Part shown: positions 61,931-64,000 of the stretch, piece after piece | Layout of the letters: every line of letters begins with the position of its first letter | Position numbering within the stretch: the first letter of the stretch is position 1 | Origin: a virus | DNA: 64,000 nucleotides | Reading direction: 5' to 3' (one strand) | IMG/VR virus record: IMGVR_UViG_3300040801_002290 | Span: 1-64,000 of that record | Notes under the pieces: generated by a model | Database searches by the model: none | What the model saw: the letters and a program-made list of their open reading frames with translations, nothing else | What the model was told of the DNA's origin: nothing | Translations under genes and position numbers: made by a program

Positions 61931-62240
61931 CCTGAAAGAACGCCTTAGTTCCCCGATGGCCGTGTTCTATGGTTACGACGTAGACGACGGTGCGCTGCTG
62001 CGAGAAGCCGCCGACCGCATCGACGCCCTGGAGGCCGAGGTCGAGCGGCTGGAAGACCTAGCCGACACCTACCTCGTCACGCTAATGCGGTGCGCGAAGG
62101 ACGCCGAGCGGCTGCGGGTGCTTCTAGCCGATGCGAAGAACACCCTCTGGGATGCGGTGGACAGCGGGTACGCGGCACCCAAGAGCGTGCTAGCTGCCCT
62201 GGCGGGGGAAGGAGACGAGGATGAGTCAATCACCGTATGA
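61923..62240 (+). CDS. coiled-coil protein, AADRIDALE family
   Basis: High-GC ORF, GGAG RBS. Confidence 0.7.
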   Translation: MSDLKERLSSPMAVFYGYDVDDGALLREAADRIDALEAEVERLEDLADTYLVTLMRCAKDAERLRVLLADAKNTLWDAVDSGYAAPKSVLAALAGEGDEDESITV

Positions 62241-62640
62241 CGCTAGTCAGTTGCCCAACAGAACCGAAACACAAATTGAAGTTCTTGAACGAAGGCGAAG
62301 ACAGCTTATGTCTCGTAATGCAGCCCTGGAATCCGATATTAAGAGACTAAGAGAGCATCTTCGGGATTATGTTGAGACGGAAGATACCCTTACTGAGAAT
62401 CTTGACGAGTCCAGAGGAGAGATTGAAAAACTGAAAAATAAAGTTGCTGAATTAGAAAACATAATAGGGGCACAAAACCATGTTAAGGAGTTAGAAAGGG
62501 AAGTTAGAAGGCTCAGGGTAGCCTCAACTAATCTTCTCGCTCTACACCTACGAGCTTTAGAGGGTGACGTGGCAGAGCAAATCACTTGGGACGATGCTAT
62601 TTTTCGGTTGCACACTTCCCTGGTTGGGCTGCCAGAATGA
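62221..62640 (+). CDS. coiled-coil protein
   Basis: 139 aa heptad-rich ORF. Confidence 0.7.
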   Translation: MSQSPYDASQLPNRTETQIEVLERRRRQLMSRNAALESDIKRLREHLRDYVETEDTLTENLDESRGEIEKLKNKVAELENIIGAQNHVKELEREVRRLRVASTNLLALHLRALEGDVAEQITWDDAIFRLHTSLVGLPE

Positions 62641-62831
62641 CAAGAGCAGAGTGGCACGACCATTTAGAGGGCTCTATTCTTCTTGTAGACAGTGAGATTG
62701 TTGCTGTAATAAGGTTAGTAGACCTTGATTTTGGATATAAAGCTTGGGATATTGATGGACATCTTTTTGGCGAGTTGCCCGCAGCTAAGAAATACGCCCA
62801 GCAAAGATATGCCTGGGCGCAACATCCGTAA
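62637..62831 (+). CDS. hypothetical protein
   Basis: Start MTRAEW overlaps the previous stop. Confidence 0.6.
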   Translation: MTRAEWHDHLEGSILLVDSEIVAVIRLVDLDFGYKAWDIDGHLFGELPAAKKYAQQRYAWAQHP

Positions 62832-62842
62832 GGAGCTAGAAT

Positions 62843-63196
62843 ATGAAAGATGAGATAGTAGCGGGATTAAGATGGATTAGCAAATACGCTACTCCCCAAC
62901 AAGAGTACGAGATGGTAGTTTGCAGAGATGCCGCAGATAAAATTGAAAAATTAGAGGCAGAACATGAAAGCCTCACGCTTTTACTGGAGAGGTTTAATAG
63001 CGCCGGGGAAAGAATTATTAGGATTGTCGGGGGAGACCCAGATAGACCTGATTACGTTGACACACTCAACGACCTTACGCTTGCCGTAATTGATGCCAGA
63101 AAAACCTTACACTCGTCTCCAAACTGTAGACTTTTGACAGAGAAAGTAAATGACAACTACTGTAGAAAATGTAGAGAGAGGCTTTTTAATGATTGA
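62843..63196 (+). CDS. coiled-coil protein with AADKIEKLE motif
   Basis: AAGGAG RBS; C-terminal C..C. Confidence 0.7.
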   Translation: MKDEIVAGLRWISKYATPQQEYEMVVCRDAADKIEKLEAEHESLTLLLERFNSAGERIIRIVGGDPDRPDYVDTLNDLTLAVIDARKTLHSSPNCRLLTEKVNDNYCRKCRERLFND

Positions 63197-64000
63197 AGAC
63201 CTAAGAGAAAAACTAGAGTTTGCGGAAAACAACCCGGTAATATTCAACCAGAGGAACGTTTTAAATAAGGGGTTCGTACGACTGGTTGATTGGATTGGTA
63301 GCGACTCAAGGGTGGTTCAAGCAGCTAGGGTGTCTTATGGCAAAGGAACTAAGACCATAAGAGAAGACTCTGGTCTCATCGACTATCTTATGAGACATCG
63401 ACACACCTCACCTTTTGAGATGGTGTCGTTTACCTTTCATATTAAGCTGCCTCTGTTTGTCTTTGCCCAGCTAGTCAGACACAGGACCGCCAGCCTTAAT
63501 GCTAAGTCTGCAAGGTACTCTGTCATGGAAGATGAGTTTTATATTCCCGAGGAATTTAGACTGCAAAGCATGGAGAATAAGCAAGGAAGCGATAGCGTCC
63601 TCTCTGAGGAAACAAACCAATTTGCTATCAATAGCCTGATAAACTTCTGTGACGAGACTTATGGGGATTATGAATACCTTATTCAAATGGGTGTAGCTAG
63701 AGAACAGGCTCGTATGATTCTTCCTCAAAACCTTTACACGGAGGTCTATTGGACCCAGAATCTGCACAATCTTCTGCACCTTCTAAAGTTACGTCTTGAC
63801 CCTCACGCCCAGCAGGAGATTCGTGAATACGCAGAGGCGATTCATGAAATCATCACACCTATAGTGCCAATGTCCTTAGACTCCTGGGAAAAGCACGTTC
63901 TAGACAGCGTTTCTCTCTCAAAAGATGAAGTAGATATACTTATCAGAGCCGCCAAGGGGGACTCCCTAGAGGATGCTATGGTCTCTCATGCAGAACACAT
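63189..64000 (+). CDS. thyX: flavin-dependent thymidylate synthase (runs off the window end)
   Basis: AARVSY, HTSPFE, QLVRHRTASLNAKSARY, REQAR..LP, LHLLKLR...AQ.EIR. Confidence 0.95.
   Translation, partial: MIEDLREKLEFAENNPVIFNQRNVLNKGFVRLVDWIGSDSRVVQAARVSYGKGTKTIREDSGLIDYLMRHRHTSPFEMVSFTFHIKLPLFVFAQLVRHRTASLNAKSARYSVMEDEFYIPEEFRLQSMENKQGSDSVLSEETNQFAINSLINFCDETYGDYEYLIQMGVAREQARMILPQNLYTEVYWTQNLHNLLHLLKLRLDPHAQQEIREYAEAIHEIITPIVPMSLDSWEKHVLDSVSLSKDEVDILIRAAKGDSLEDAMVSHAEH

Noticed and set aside
63471-63779. Minus-strand 102-aa ORF
   Set aside because: Antisense to thyX, which the ORF track missed because it lacks a stop within the window

Overview
64 kb segment of a large tailed dsDNA bacteriophage genome: terminase large and small subunits, rIIA/rIIB, DnaB, clamp loader, RecA, Rad52-like protein, class II RNR and ThyX. 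No rRNA, no CRISPR array and no sign of stop-codon recoding. Positions 1-14.3 kb hold 31 tRNA genes, one tRNA-like pseudogene and many unexplained structured spacers. The window also encodes, on the minus strand, a tmRNA with an unusually long tag, a complete bacterial-type RNase P RNA with a compensated P4 helix, a YrlA-type Y RNA, further Y-RNA-like elements, Ro60 (TROVE), RtcB, two ATP-dependent RNA ligase-family proteins, phosphoesterases and a nucleotidyltransferase. Together these look like a near-complete phage-borne tRNA maturation, repair and ribosome-rescue kit. Other highlights: a 20-copy phage-specific promoter (CWMA-N4-TCTCA-N12/13-TANNNT), a stand-alone TacA/AtaR-like antitoxin fragment inside the tRNA array, a DarG-like macrodomain, and an unannotated 13-aa Cys-rich micropeptide coupled to the RNR gene. 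Leaderless genes, lipoprotein and beta-barrel signal styles and DdrA/DRB0094-like proteins suggest a Deinococcota-like diderm host (inference). All calls were made by eye, with no database searches or folding programs.
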